Source of the DNA: Desulfocapsa sulfexigens DSM 10523
Lineage (GTDB): Bacteria > Desulfobacterota > Desulfobulbia > Desulfobulbales > Desulfocapsaceae
Assembly (NCBI RefSeq): GCF_000341395.1
Contig: NC_020304.1
Location: forward strand, 1,500,001-1,532,000
Length of the DNA stretch: 32,000 nt
Reading direction: 5' to 3'
Shown here: positions 25,408 to 32,000 of the stretch, one piece after another
How the letters are laid out: each line of letters opens with the position of its first letter
Numbering within the stretch: position 1 is the stretch's first letter
Notes under the pieces: model-generated
The model's input: the letters and a program-made list of their open reading frames with translations, nothing else
Database searches by the model: none
Told to the model about the DNA's origin: nothing
Program-made: the position numbers and the translations under genes

Positions 25408-26387
25408 ATAATTCAATGAATTATTGCGTCTATGGTCTGCTGCTTGAGAGTAATGTAGAGCTCTCCGGACTTCAATCTTGCAAGGCAGCAGGTGAGAAAA
25501 TTGATGTAACCGCTACAATGGGGGACTTTCCGGGCGAGATAGAACGGCTTTTCCACCACTCCATGCCGCAAAGGTATTATGCTGAACCGGGATATATAGA
25601 GGGTGATCCACCCCGTCTTGTTGTAAATACTCTGGCTGATGGCCAATATTATCATTTTTCCTATGCGGTTGGGGTACAGTTTGTTTGTGATAAACTGGCA
25701 ACGAGTGTATGGGGAAGGTGGCAGGATCCTTTGACCCTTATGGATGCTACCCTTTTTCTGGTGGGTCCGATTCTTGGCTTTATGCTGCGACTGCAGGGTG
25801 TTACATGTTTGCATGCAAGTGGGGTTGTTATAGAAGGACGAGCGCTGGCTATCACAGGGCCGTCGGGCAGTGGGAAATCTACCCTGGCTGCAGCATTTGC
25901 AGCGGCTGGATTTCCCATATTAAGTGATGATATCTTGCCGTTGCAGTTTGAACAGGGAAGCCCGCAGGCACTCCCGGGATATTCCCGTCTACGTCTTTAT
26001 CCAAGATCTTTTAAGGGCATCACTCAATTACCCGACGATTTACCCGCTCTTTCACCACACTGGAGTAAGTGCTATCTTGACGTTGGTTCCGCTCCCTATT
26101 CATTTCACCACCTTTCCATACCCCTGCACGTTGTTTATTTTCTGGATTGGAAGAAGAGTGACGCCGCTGTTTCCCAAATAATGCCCGTAAAACCAATTTC
26201 TGCTGTGCCTCTCCTGGCTGCAAACACCTATCGCAATGAGGTACTGGATTCTGACATGAGAAAAAAAGAATTTTTTTTCCTCAGCCAGCTTGCTTCAAAA
26301 GTTACTGTAAGAACAATTCGGATGCGTGATGATCTCCATGGGATATCAAATCTTGTTGATGTGATCCGCAAGGATTTTAAGGGCTAG
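25404..26387 (+). CDS. HPr-kinase-like P-loop protein (lasso-peptide kinase-like)
   Basis: 327 aa. CLHASGVVIEGRALAITGPSGSGKSTLAAAFAAAGFPILSDD is the HPrK/P-type Walker A region. The start is either TTG 25404 or ATG 25416. Confidence 0.75.
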   Translation: MNNSMNYCVYGLLLESNVELSGLQSCKAAGEKIDVTATMGDFPGEIERLFHHSMPQRYYAEPGYIEGDPPRLVVNTLADGQYYHFSYAVGVQFVCDKLATSVWGRWQDPLTLMDATLFLVGPILGFMLRLQGVTCLHASGVVIEGRALAITGPSGSGKSTLAAAFAAAGFPILSDDILPLQFEQGSPQALPGYSRLRLYPRSFKGITQLPDDLPALSPHWSKCYLDVGSAPYSFHHLSIPLHVVYFLDWKKSDAAVSQIMPVKPISAVPLLAANTYRNEVLDSDMRKKEFFFLSQLASKVTVRTIRMRDDLHGISNLVDVIRKDFKG

Positions 26388-26394
26388 AAACTCT

Positions 26395-28233
26395 ATGAGT
26401 GGTTTTGTTGCCATTATTAACACGAACGGTGCGCCCGTTGATTGCGAAATCTTGAAATGGTTAACCGATGCTCTGCATTTTCGAGGAACAGACAGGCAGA
26501 AAGTTTGGTCGGAGGGACATGTAGGGTTCGGTCATGCGCTGTATGGCACAACATTTGAATCACACTATGAGTTTCAGCCTTCCAGTCTTGATGGTGAGTT
26601 CTGGATTACTGGAACTGCGCGCATTGATGCTCGTTCCGACTTGCTCAATAAGCTTGGCCTGCAATCGGAACTCAGGCTGGATCAGATTCCGGATTCTGAC
26701 CTCATCCTTTATGCATATCGTGCCTGGGGAGAAAGATGTCTTGATTATCTTCTTGGGGATTTTTCCTTTGTAATCTGGGACAAAGGGCGAAAAAAAGTCT
26801 TTTGTGCCCGTGACCAGTTTGGTATGCGTCAGCTGTATTATTCCCAAATCAGAGAATCCCTGATAATCAGCAACAGTCTCTACTGCATACAGCAACACCC
26901 CGCTGTTTCCAAAACCCTTGATGAAGGGGCTATGGCAGGATTTCTTCTCTTTGGTGACCACACCTGGCTGGATAAAGAGCTGACCGTTTATGCTGATGTC
27001 AAATCTCTCTTGCCAGCGCACTCTCTTGTCCTCAGCAGTGACGGATTTATGGTCAGGAAAAAATATTGGGATATTCCTGCCAATATACCACTACTTCGTT
27101 ATCGAAACGAAAATGATTACAGAGAGCATTTTCGTGAAGTTTTTAAAAAGGCTGTTTGTGATAGAATTCGCACCGATCGTGTGGTCCTTGCAATGAGCGG
27201 TGGTATGGACTCATCCTCTATTGCAGCCATGCTCTGTGAAATTCAGAATGAGGATAACCACCCCTTCCATATCAGCCCCGTTACTGTTGTTTACAATACT
27301 GTTCATCCGTGTCGGGAACATTATTTTGCTGGTCTTGTAGCTAGAAGACTTGGGTTGTCAATTCATTATATTGATGGTGATCTGTATCCTTTCCTTGGTG
27401 AGGCTATCAATACAACACGCCCTCTTGAAATTGACCAACCGTCACTCTGGATGGATATTATGCGTCAGGAGAGTCTTCTCGGGCGGGTTGTGCTAACAGG
27501 TGCTGCGGCTGATAATCTTCTCAGCTATCCGGCCAGTCTGGCTTCCTTAAGAGCAGCAGGTAATCCATTTAAAATTGTATATGATAGTATTCAATTGCGG
27601 AAACGATATGGGAAATTTCCGGGTCTGGGAACCGGTTTGCTCAACAAATTTCGAAATATCTGGCCCATAAATGGGAGCGGCGGATCTGCCCCTTATCCCT
27701 ATCCATCGTGGATAAAGAGTGAATTTGAAGAGAAAATGTGCTTGAAGGATGTTTGGGCGGAAAGATGGGCTTCTTCCGGGCGGCTGTTTGAGCTTCGTTC
27801 CAGGGCGTCTCTGCTCCATGAGTCGTTGTTGACCATGGATTGGTGTAGCGATGATAGTGTAATGAAGAACGAATTTCCACCGCCTGAAAAGCGAGATCCC
27901 TATCTCGATATACGAATGGTTGAGTTTGTACTCTCTCTTCCAGCAATTCCCTGGCTTTTCAATAAACATGTTTTGCGTTGTTCCATGAAAGGGAAATTGC
28001 CGGGCGAAGTGATAGAACGTCCCAAAACCCCTTTAGGCATGTTACAGCAGTCCTTGTTGGAATTACCAGGGACACAGTGGGTGGATGAATGGAAAGCTGT
28101 TCCAGGGCTCAAACCGTACATTGAAAGATCCAAAATACCCAGACTGGCGGGAGGCGTTCAGGGAGCAGTCTCTTCTTACATAAATCTACGACCGCTTATG
28201 TTGAACAGATGGTTGGGATGTTTGTCTATCTGA
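26395..28233 (+). CDS. Asparagine-synthetase-B-like protein, probable lasso cyclase (macrolactam synthetase)
   Basis: 612 aa, with the PP-loop ATP pyrophosphatase motif LAMSGGMDSSS. The N-terminus is M-S-G rather than M-C-G, so the glutaminase nucleophile Cys is missing, as in lasso cyclases. A kinase gene and a precursor-like gene lie next to it. Confidence 0.75.
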   Translation: MSGFVAIINTNGAPVDCEILKWLTDALHFRGTDRQKVWSEGHVGFGHALYGTTFESHYEFQPSSLDGEFWITGTARIDARSDLLNKLGLQSELRLDQIPDSDLILYAYRAWGERCLDYLLGDFSFVIWDKGRKKVFCARDQFGMRQLYYSQIRESLIISNSLYCIQQHPAVSKTLDEGAMAGFLLFGDHTWLDKELTVYADVKSLLPAHSLVLSSDGFMVRKKYWDIPANIPLLRYRNENDYREHFREVFKKAVCDRIRTDRVVLAMSGGMDSSSIAAMLCEIQNEDNHPFHISPVTVVYNTVHPCREHYFAGLVARRLGLSIHYIDGDLYPFLGEAINTTRPLEIDQPSLWMDIMRQESLLGRVVLTGAAADNLLSYPASLASLRAAGNPFKIVYDSIQLRKRYGKFPGLGTGLLNKFRNIWPINGSGGSAPYPYPSWIKSEFEEKMCLKDVWAERWASSGRLFELRSRASLLHESLLTMDWCSDDSVMKNEFPPPEKRDPYLDIRMVEFVLSLPAIPWLFNKHVLRCSMKGKLPGEVIERPKTPLGMLQQSLLELPGTQWVDEWKAVPGLKPYIERSKIPRLAGGVQGAVSSYINLRPLMLNRWLGCLSI

Positions 28234-28257
28234 TTGATAGCAAAAAGTGGTGACAGC

Positions 28258-28410
28258 TCAGGATGCGTGGTATGGATGTTCGCCATTGTCTCTTGGCGGA
28301 CCACCTTTGTTCATTCGGGTAAGCTCTTTTACTGAGCCGAAGACTTTCAGTTTGGGGCAGTGATAGTTCTTTCTGGTTGTCTTCTCTTGTTTTTTAGGTG
28401 TTGGCTTCAA
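28258..28410 (-). CDS. Candidate lasso-type RiPP precursor peptide (50 aa: 32-aa leader plus 18-aa core MNKGGPPRDNGEHPYHAS)
   Basis: TTG at 28410 has GGGGA 7 nt upstream. The leader YHCPKLKVFGSVKELTR fits YxxPxLx3Gx5Tx exactly, with Thr at -2. The core has Asp at position 9 and a C-terminal Ser. A near-consensus promoter lies inside the upstream part of the 72-aa track ORF. Confidence 0.6.
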   Translation of the reverse strand: MKPTPKKQEKTTRKNYHCPKLKVFGSVKELTRMNKGGPPRDNGEHPYHAS

Positions 28411-28462
28411 GTTTATTTCCCCATATGTGCCAGTTGGTATTCCTTCCCGTCTTCCCTTAACA

Positions 28463-28490
28463 TATATATTAAACAAATTTGTTTTGTCAA
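28463..28490 (-). promoter_or_regulatory. Near-consensus sigma70 promoter of the precursor gene, with a palindromic spacer
   Basis: The minus strand reads TTGACA (28490-28485), N16, TATATA (28468-28463). The spacer contains the perfect 14-bp palindrome AAACAAATTTGTTT (28471-28484). Confidence 0.6.
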
Positions 28491-28718
28491 TATAGAAGAG
28501 TACAGTTCATTCTATCCGTCCCTTACAGCATATAACAGCAAAAAGGTGACAAAAGAATTGGACTTTTAATAAAAAGAACAGTACCCGTTATTGGTATTGT
28601 TTACACTGTTTTGTTATAGATAACTGATTCGTGCTATCGTCTTCTGCCTAGAAGAAGATGGTTGAATCGGCTTCAATGCAATACCTGCGCATTGCCAGAG
28701 AATCACCAGCTTTAAGGA

Positions 28719-29066
28719 GTGTTCAACAAGTATATGTCAGAAGACAATAAACATGATGTTGCGGCTGCAGTCACCGATATACAGCTTCTTCTTGCTGAGA
28801 AACGAACCTCTCTTGCTCTGATGCGTACAGGGATTGCAGTCCTGGCTCTTCCACTGTCAGTCTTGAGCTTACTGATTGCCACATCGAAGTATTATGAAGC
28901 TATAGATGTACTCTCTTTTCTTATACCATTGGCCATATTACTTTCTTTTCTGGTTGGCTTAGGGCTGTATCTTATCATTCGCTCCATTCGCCGTATGCAT
29001 CGTAATGATGCTTTGATTCATAGAATAAAGTTGAAGTATGAAGAGATTGCAGAGTATGTGGATTGA
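28719..29066 (+). CDS. DUF202 (YidH-like) small membrane protein
   Basis: 115 aa. LLAEKRTSLALMRTGIAVLAL matches the LAxERTxLAWxRT-type DUF202 signature and is followed by 2 more TM helices. The start is GTG 28719 or ATG 28734. Confidence 0.65.
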   Translation: MFNKYMSEDNKHDVAAAVTDIQLLLAEKRTSLALMRTGIAVLALPLSVLSLLIATSKYYEAIDVLSFLIPLAILLSFLVGLGLYLIIRSIRRMHRNDALIHRIKLKYEEIAEYVD

Positions 29067-29380
29067 TGATATTTCGTTCATTTTTTTTCATTCTGCTGCT
29101 GTCTCTGCTGGTTGTCCCTAAGCTCTATTCTGATGAGCTGGGTAACTGGCCAGAGGAAGTCAGCGTTTCGTCTGGTACAGTTACGATCTATCAACCTCAG
29201 GTTGAATCACTAACAGGCAACCCAGAAATCAAACCGTCACAGCAGACCAAGCTATGGCATGCATGCATTCTGGTGGTGGCGGCGGACGACGTCATTAATC
29301 GTCTTAAAAAAACTGATTACCATCGAAACTCAGTTTTGCAACCCGGAGCTGTCCCGTGTCGATTATATGGGACACTATAA
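29066..29380 (+). CDS. Short secreted ORF whose 3' end runs into MITE copy 3
   Basis: ATG 29066 overlaps the upstream TGA, and a signal-peptide-like sequence FFFILLLSLLVVPKLYS follows. From codon 83 onward the reading frame is MITE sequence. Coding status is uncertain. Confidence 0.35.
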   Translation: MIFRSFFFILLLSLLVVPKLYSDELGNWPEEVSVSSGTVTIYQPQVESLTGNPEIKPSQQTKLWHACILVVAADDVINRLKKTDYHRNSVLQPGAVPCRLYGTL

Positions 29381-29489
29381 ACCCATCCCTGGGGGCTCTG
29401 CTGCGGCCGTCCAGGCCGCAGATGCTCATATAATCAACACGAAACCACTGCTCCTCAGGCGGGTAGGCTGAGGAGCAGTGGTAATCAGG
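29312..29489 (+). mobile_element. MITE copy 3 (178 bp)
   Basis: Flanking 8-mers TTAAAAAA (29304-29311) and TTAAAAAA (29490-29497) are identical. The terminal repeats are (A)CTGATTACCA / TGGTAATCAGG. Confidence 0.9.
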
Positions 29490-29839
29490 TTAAAAAATGC
29501 AGTCTGGGGTGGGAATAGTGAAATCCGGGCTGTCTGATACGTCAAATTTATCTGATTTTTTACGATTCTATTTATTACTCTTATTGGCTTTACATACTTT
29601 CTGCTATGCGGTGCTTTCAGCACTTCTTGAGATATCAGGGTCCCCTGCCGGTGTTTGCCACAAAAAAATCTCCTTCAAACTTGCTTTATGGATTGGATTT
29701 TTCCTGCCGGAATCCGGCAAAGCATCCGATAATACTGTTTGTATATTGCTTGCTCAGATGATACGCTGACCCCTGTAAAACGAGAAAAAACCGTTTTCGA
29801 AATAAGAGCGGCGTAATTTTTTTTAATTCCCTTGTAATC

Positions 29840-30196
29840 ATGAAAATAGAAAGCAGAACAAATGGTTCGGTCCTTATTGCAACCATACTTGAAGAACGTT
29901 TTGATGCCACCTGTGCCCCCGACTTTATTGTTGTTATGAAGGAGTGGATAGCTGCCGGTAATATACAGATAATCCTCGATTTTGGCCATGTTGACTTTAT
30001 GGACAGTACGGCCCTTGGTGTTGTAATTAAAAGTTTTAAATGGTTGCGACAGGCCGATAACGGAAATGGAGAACTGGGCCTTTGCAGTGTCAATGACAAG
30101 ATAATGAGCCTCCTGCAGTTGACTCGAATGGATAGAGTTTTTCTCGTTTTTCCCGATAGTCAGGAAGCAATAAAAACAATAACTGAATCCAGATGA
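29840..30196 (+). CDS. STAS-domain anti-sigma-factor antagonist (SpoIIAA/RsbV-like)
   Basis: 118 aa, with DFGHVDFMDSTALGVVI containing the conserved phosphorylatable Ser context (DSxxLG). Confidence 0.85.
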   Translation: MKIESRTNGSVLIATILEERFDATCAPDFIVVMKEWIAAGNIQIILDFGHVDFMDSTALGVVIKSFKWLRQADNGNGELGLCSVNDKIMSLLQLTRMDRVFLVFPDSQEAIKTITESR

Positions 30197-30636
30197 GTTC
30201 TCCTGAAAGTCACTATTTACAACTGATTATTCCAAGCGAAAAGGAGGACTCTCGCCTTATTGGCAGGGCCGTGTATTCATTTTGTCTTCATATGGGATTT
30301 GATGAGGTTCAAAGTTATCAGATTGAGTTGGCAACGGTTGAGGTTACACATAATATTGTTGGTCACGCCTATGATAATTGTCCCGACTGTGTGATCGAGC
30401 TTCATGCGCAGGGATTGGCTGACAGGATTATTTTCACCATAATTGATAACGGTAAATCTGCAGACGCTTTTGCGTTCCCTGCCTGTTGTCCCGTTGATCC
30501 GGGGAGTGCGATTGACAGGTTGCCGGAGTCTTCCATGGGACTCTATATTATAGCTTCTGTTATGGATACCGTGGAGTACGAGGTGTATGAAAATTCTAAT
30601 ATACTGACCATGATGAAGTATCTGCCCAAATCATGA
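30193..30636 (+). CDS. RsbW/SpoIIAB-like anti-sigma factor serine kinase (HATPase_c)
   Basis: 147 aa. ATGA overlap with the STAS gene. It has an N-box-like EVTHNIVGHAY, then IIDNGKS and SMGLYII, which are G-box-like. Confidence 0.75.
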   Translation: MSSPESHYLQLIIPSEKEDSRLIGRAVYSFCLHMGFDEVQSYQIELATVEVTHNIVGHAYDNCPDCVIELHAQGLADRIIFTIIDNGKSADAFAFPACCPVDPGSAIDRLPESSMGLYIIASVMDTVEYEVYENSNILTMMKYLPKS

Positions 30637-32000
30637 ACGTTAACGGGTTCTTTTCTCAAAAAAACTGGTTAGCTCCTGTTGTTATTGGTTGTCTGCTGCT
30701 GACCACTCCTCTATTCCTCTCAGGAGTTATCACCCGCCTTACCACCAAAGAGCAGTTTTTTTTCGCCTGGGGACTGATCTTTCTGGTTCTTGTTTTACGG
30801 AAGGTGGCCCATCATTTTTCTGTCTTTTTTGGTATCCTTATTTCCTTCTGCACTCTGTTTCTGCTGAGCCGATATTTCTTTTTTCGTCTGAGTTCGACCC
30901 TGCTTTACACCTCAACTCTGGAGTTTTTCTTTATTCTGGTTCTTTTTGCGGCGGAAATCTACGGTATGTTTATTCAGGTGATGGGGATGATCATCAATGT
31001 AATGCCTCTGTATCGACCGGCAGTGCAATCCATTGAACTTAGTGATCCCGATCTCCCCGTTGTCGATGTCCTTATTCCCACCTACAATGAGCCGGAACAG
31101 ATGGTTGCCATTACCGCCAGTGCCTGTACGCTTTTTGATTATCCTCGGGAAAAACTCAACATTTATATTCTCGATGATGGAGGAACAACTCAGAAACGTA
31201 ATGCTGCTGACCCGAAAAGTGCCGCCGCTGCCCTCGTTCGTCACGAAACCCTCAAGGTGCTGGCTGAATATCTTGAAGTGAATTACCTGACCAGAGAGGA
31301 AAATATATCTGCAAAGGCAGGAAATATTAATGCCGCGCTCTACACAAGCGACGATGGTCAGCAACATCCCAGTGGAGATCTAGTCCTGGTTCTGGACTGT
31401 GATCACGTGCCCACAAGGGATTTTCTTCAGAATACGGTTGGCTACTTTTTGAAAGATCCGAAGCTGTTTCTGGTACAGACTCCGCATTTCTTTATTAACC
31501 CTGACCCGGTGGAAAAGAATCTCGATACCTTCAATAAGATTCCGGGAGATAATGTGATGTTTTACGGGAAGGTACTTCCCGGACTTGATTTATGGAATGC
31601 GGCGTTTTTTTGCGGTTCTGCCGCTGTGCTCCGCAGAAGCTGTCTCGATGAAGTTGGAGGTATCGTAGGGGAAACCATCACCGAAGATGCGGAAACTGCT
31701 TTGACCATGCATGGTCGGGGGTACAATTCTGTCTATGTTGGCAAACCAATGGTTTGCGGACTCTGTCCAGAAACTTTTGAGGACTTTATAATTCAGCGAA
31801 ACAGATGGGCTCAGGGGATGGCTCAGATTTTGTTGCTTAAGAATCCTCTTTTTGCCCGTGGACTCAGTCTGATTCAGCGACTTTGTTATCTGAACTCTGC
31901 CGGATTCTGGTTTTTCAGTTTTTCCAGGCTGATGTTTATGCTGGCCCCGTTTTTTTATCTTTATGGAGATCTGCAGATATATCATGCAACCCTGTTACAG
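30633..32000 (+). CDS. bcsA: Cellulose synthase catalytic subunit-like family-2 glycosyltransferase (3' end outside the window)
   Basis: Not in the ORF track because no stop is reached. I translated it by hand from ATG 30633, which has an ATGA overlap with the kinase gene. It has N-terminal TM helices, then VDVLIPTYNEP, YILDDGG, LVLDCDH, VQTPHFFINPDPVEKNL, FFCGSAAVLRR, TEDAETAL and QRNRWAQG (QxxRW). Confidence 0.8.
   Translation, partial: MNVNGFFSQKNWLAPVVIGCLLLTTPLFLSGVITRLTTKEQFFFAWGLIFLVLVLRKVAHHFSVFFGILISFCTLFLLSRYFFFRLSSTLLYTSTLEFFFILVLFAAEIYGMFIQVMGMIINVMPLYRPAVQSIELSDPDLPVVDVLIPTYNEPEQMVAITASACTLFDYPREKLNIYILDDGGTTQKRNAADPKSAAAALVRHETLKVLAEYLEVNYLTREENISAKAGNINAALYTSDDGQQHPSGDLVLVLDCDHVPTRDFLQNTVGYFLKDPKLFLVQTPHFFINPDPVEKNLDTFNKIPGDNVMFYGKVLPGLDLWNAAFFCGSAAVLRRSCLDEVGGIVGETITEDAETALTMHGRGYNSVYVGKPMVCGLCPETFEDFIIQRNRWAQGMAQILLLKNPLFARGLSLIQRLCYLNSAGFWFFSFSRLMFMLAPFFYLYGDLQIYHATLLQ

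Noticed and set aside
28411-28476. N-terminal 22 codons of the 72-aa track ORF (TTG at 28476, MFNIYVKGRREG...)
   Set aside because: A near-consensus TTGACA-N16-TATATA promoter lies at 28490-28463, overlapping the TTG start and first codons, so the predicted transcription start falls downstream of the TTG at 28476. No SD precedes 28476. The TTG at 28410 has a well-spaced GGGGA and gives a typical 32-aa leader.
7466-29489. The three 178-bp repeats as a CRISPR array or tandem repeat
   Set aside because: The copies are kilobases apart, 178 bp long, flanked by target-site duplications and carry terminal inverted repeats. They are a dispersed mobile element, not an array.
29259-29769. ORFs 29259-29471 (+), 29426-29623 (-) and 29497-29769 (+)
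   Set aside because: The first two are read through the MITE, so the same frames would appear wherever the element sits. The third lies in the intergenic leader upstream of the STAS gene and has no SD or recognisable features.

Overview
A 32-kb chromosomal segment, about 45% GC by eye. Gene content suggests an anaerobic Desulfobacterota-like (deltaproteobacterial) genome, but this is inference only. It rests on a group-3b NiFe hydrogenase, sigma54-type promoters and many sensory proteins.

Gene order, left to right:
- YqeC-like fragment and an HXXEE membrane protein
- an IS110-family insertion sequence
- CBS-PAS-GAF-GGDEF diguanylate cyclase
- two secreted proteins of unknown function
- hybrid sensor kinase (minus strand)
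- acetolactate decarboxylase and a ZIP metal transporter
- small-membrane-protein cassette A (minus strand)
- four-gene beta-gamma-delta-alpha NiFe hydrogenase operon
- cassette B, a near-identical copy of A
- gnd, a flavoprotein disulfide reductase and a TVP38/DedA-like protein
- two divergent phosphoribosyltransferase paralogues
- HPr-kinase-like protein, asparagine-synthetase-like (lasso-cyclase-like) protein and a convergent small peptide gene
- DUF202-like membrane protein and a short secreted ORF
- STAS protein, RsbW-like kinase and a BcsA-like glycosyltransferase that runs off the window and is missing from the ORF track

Non-routine content:
1. A lasso-peptide-like RiPP locus. Its candidate precursor fits the lasso leader motif exactly and ends in Ser. 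No leader peptidase or RRE gene is present, and a PRTase paralogue appears co-transcribed with it.
2. Two 0.92-kb direct repeats lie exactly 5326 bp apart and bracket the hydrogenase operon. Each carries a sigma54-driven two-gene cassette for tiny membrane proteins I cannot place in a family.
3. A 178-bp MITE with 11-bp terminal inverted repeats, 8-bp AT-rich target-site duplications and a heavily base-paired interior. Three copies are present, all in the same orientation.
4. An IS110-family element with a structured non-coding flank, a possible bridge RNA.
5. A partner-switching pair translationally coupled to a cellulose-synthase-like gene.

I recognised no rRNA, tRNA or CRISPR array. All family assignments are by eye from motifs, with no searches run.
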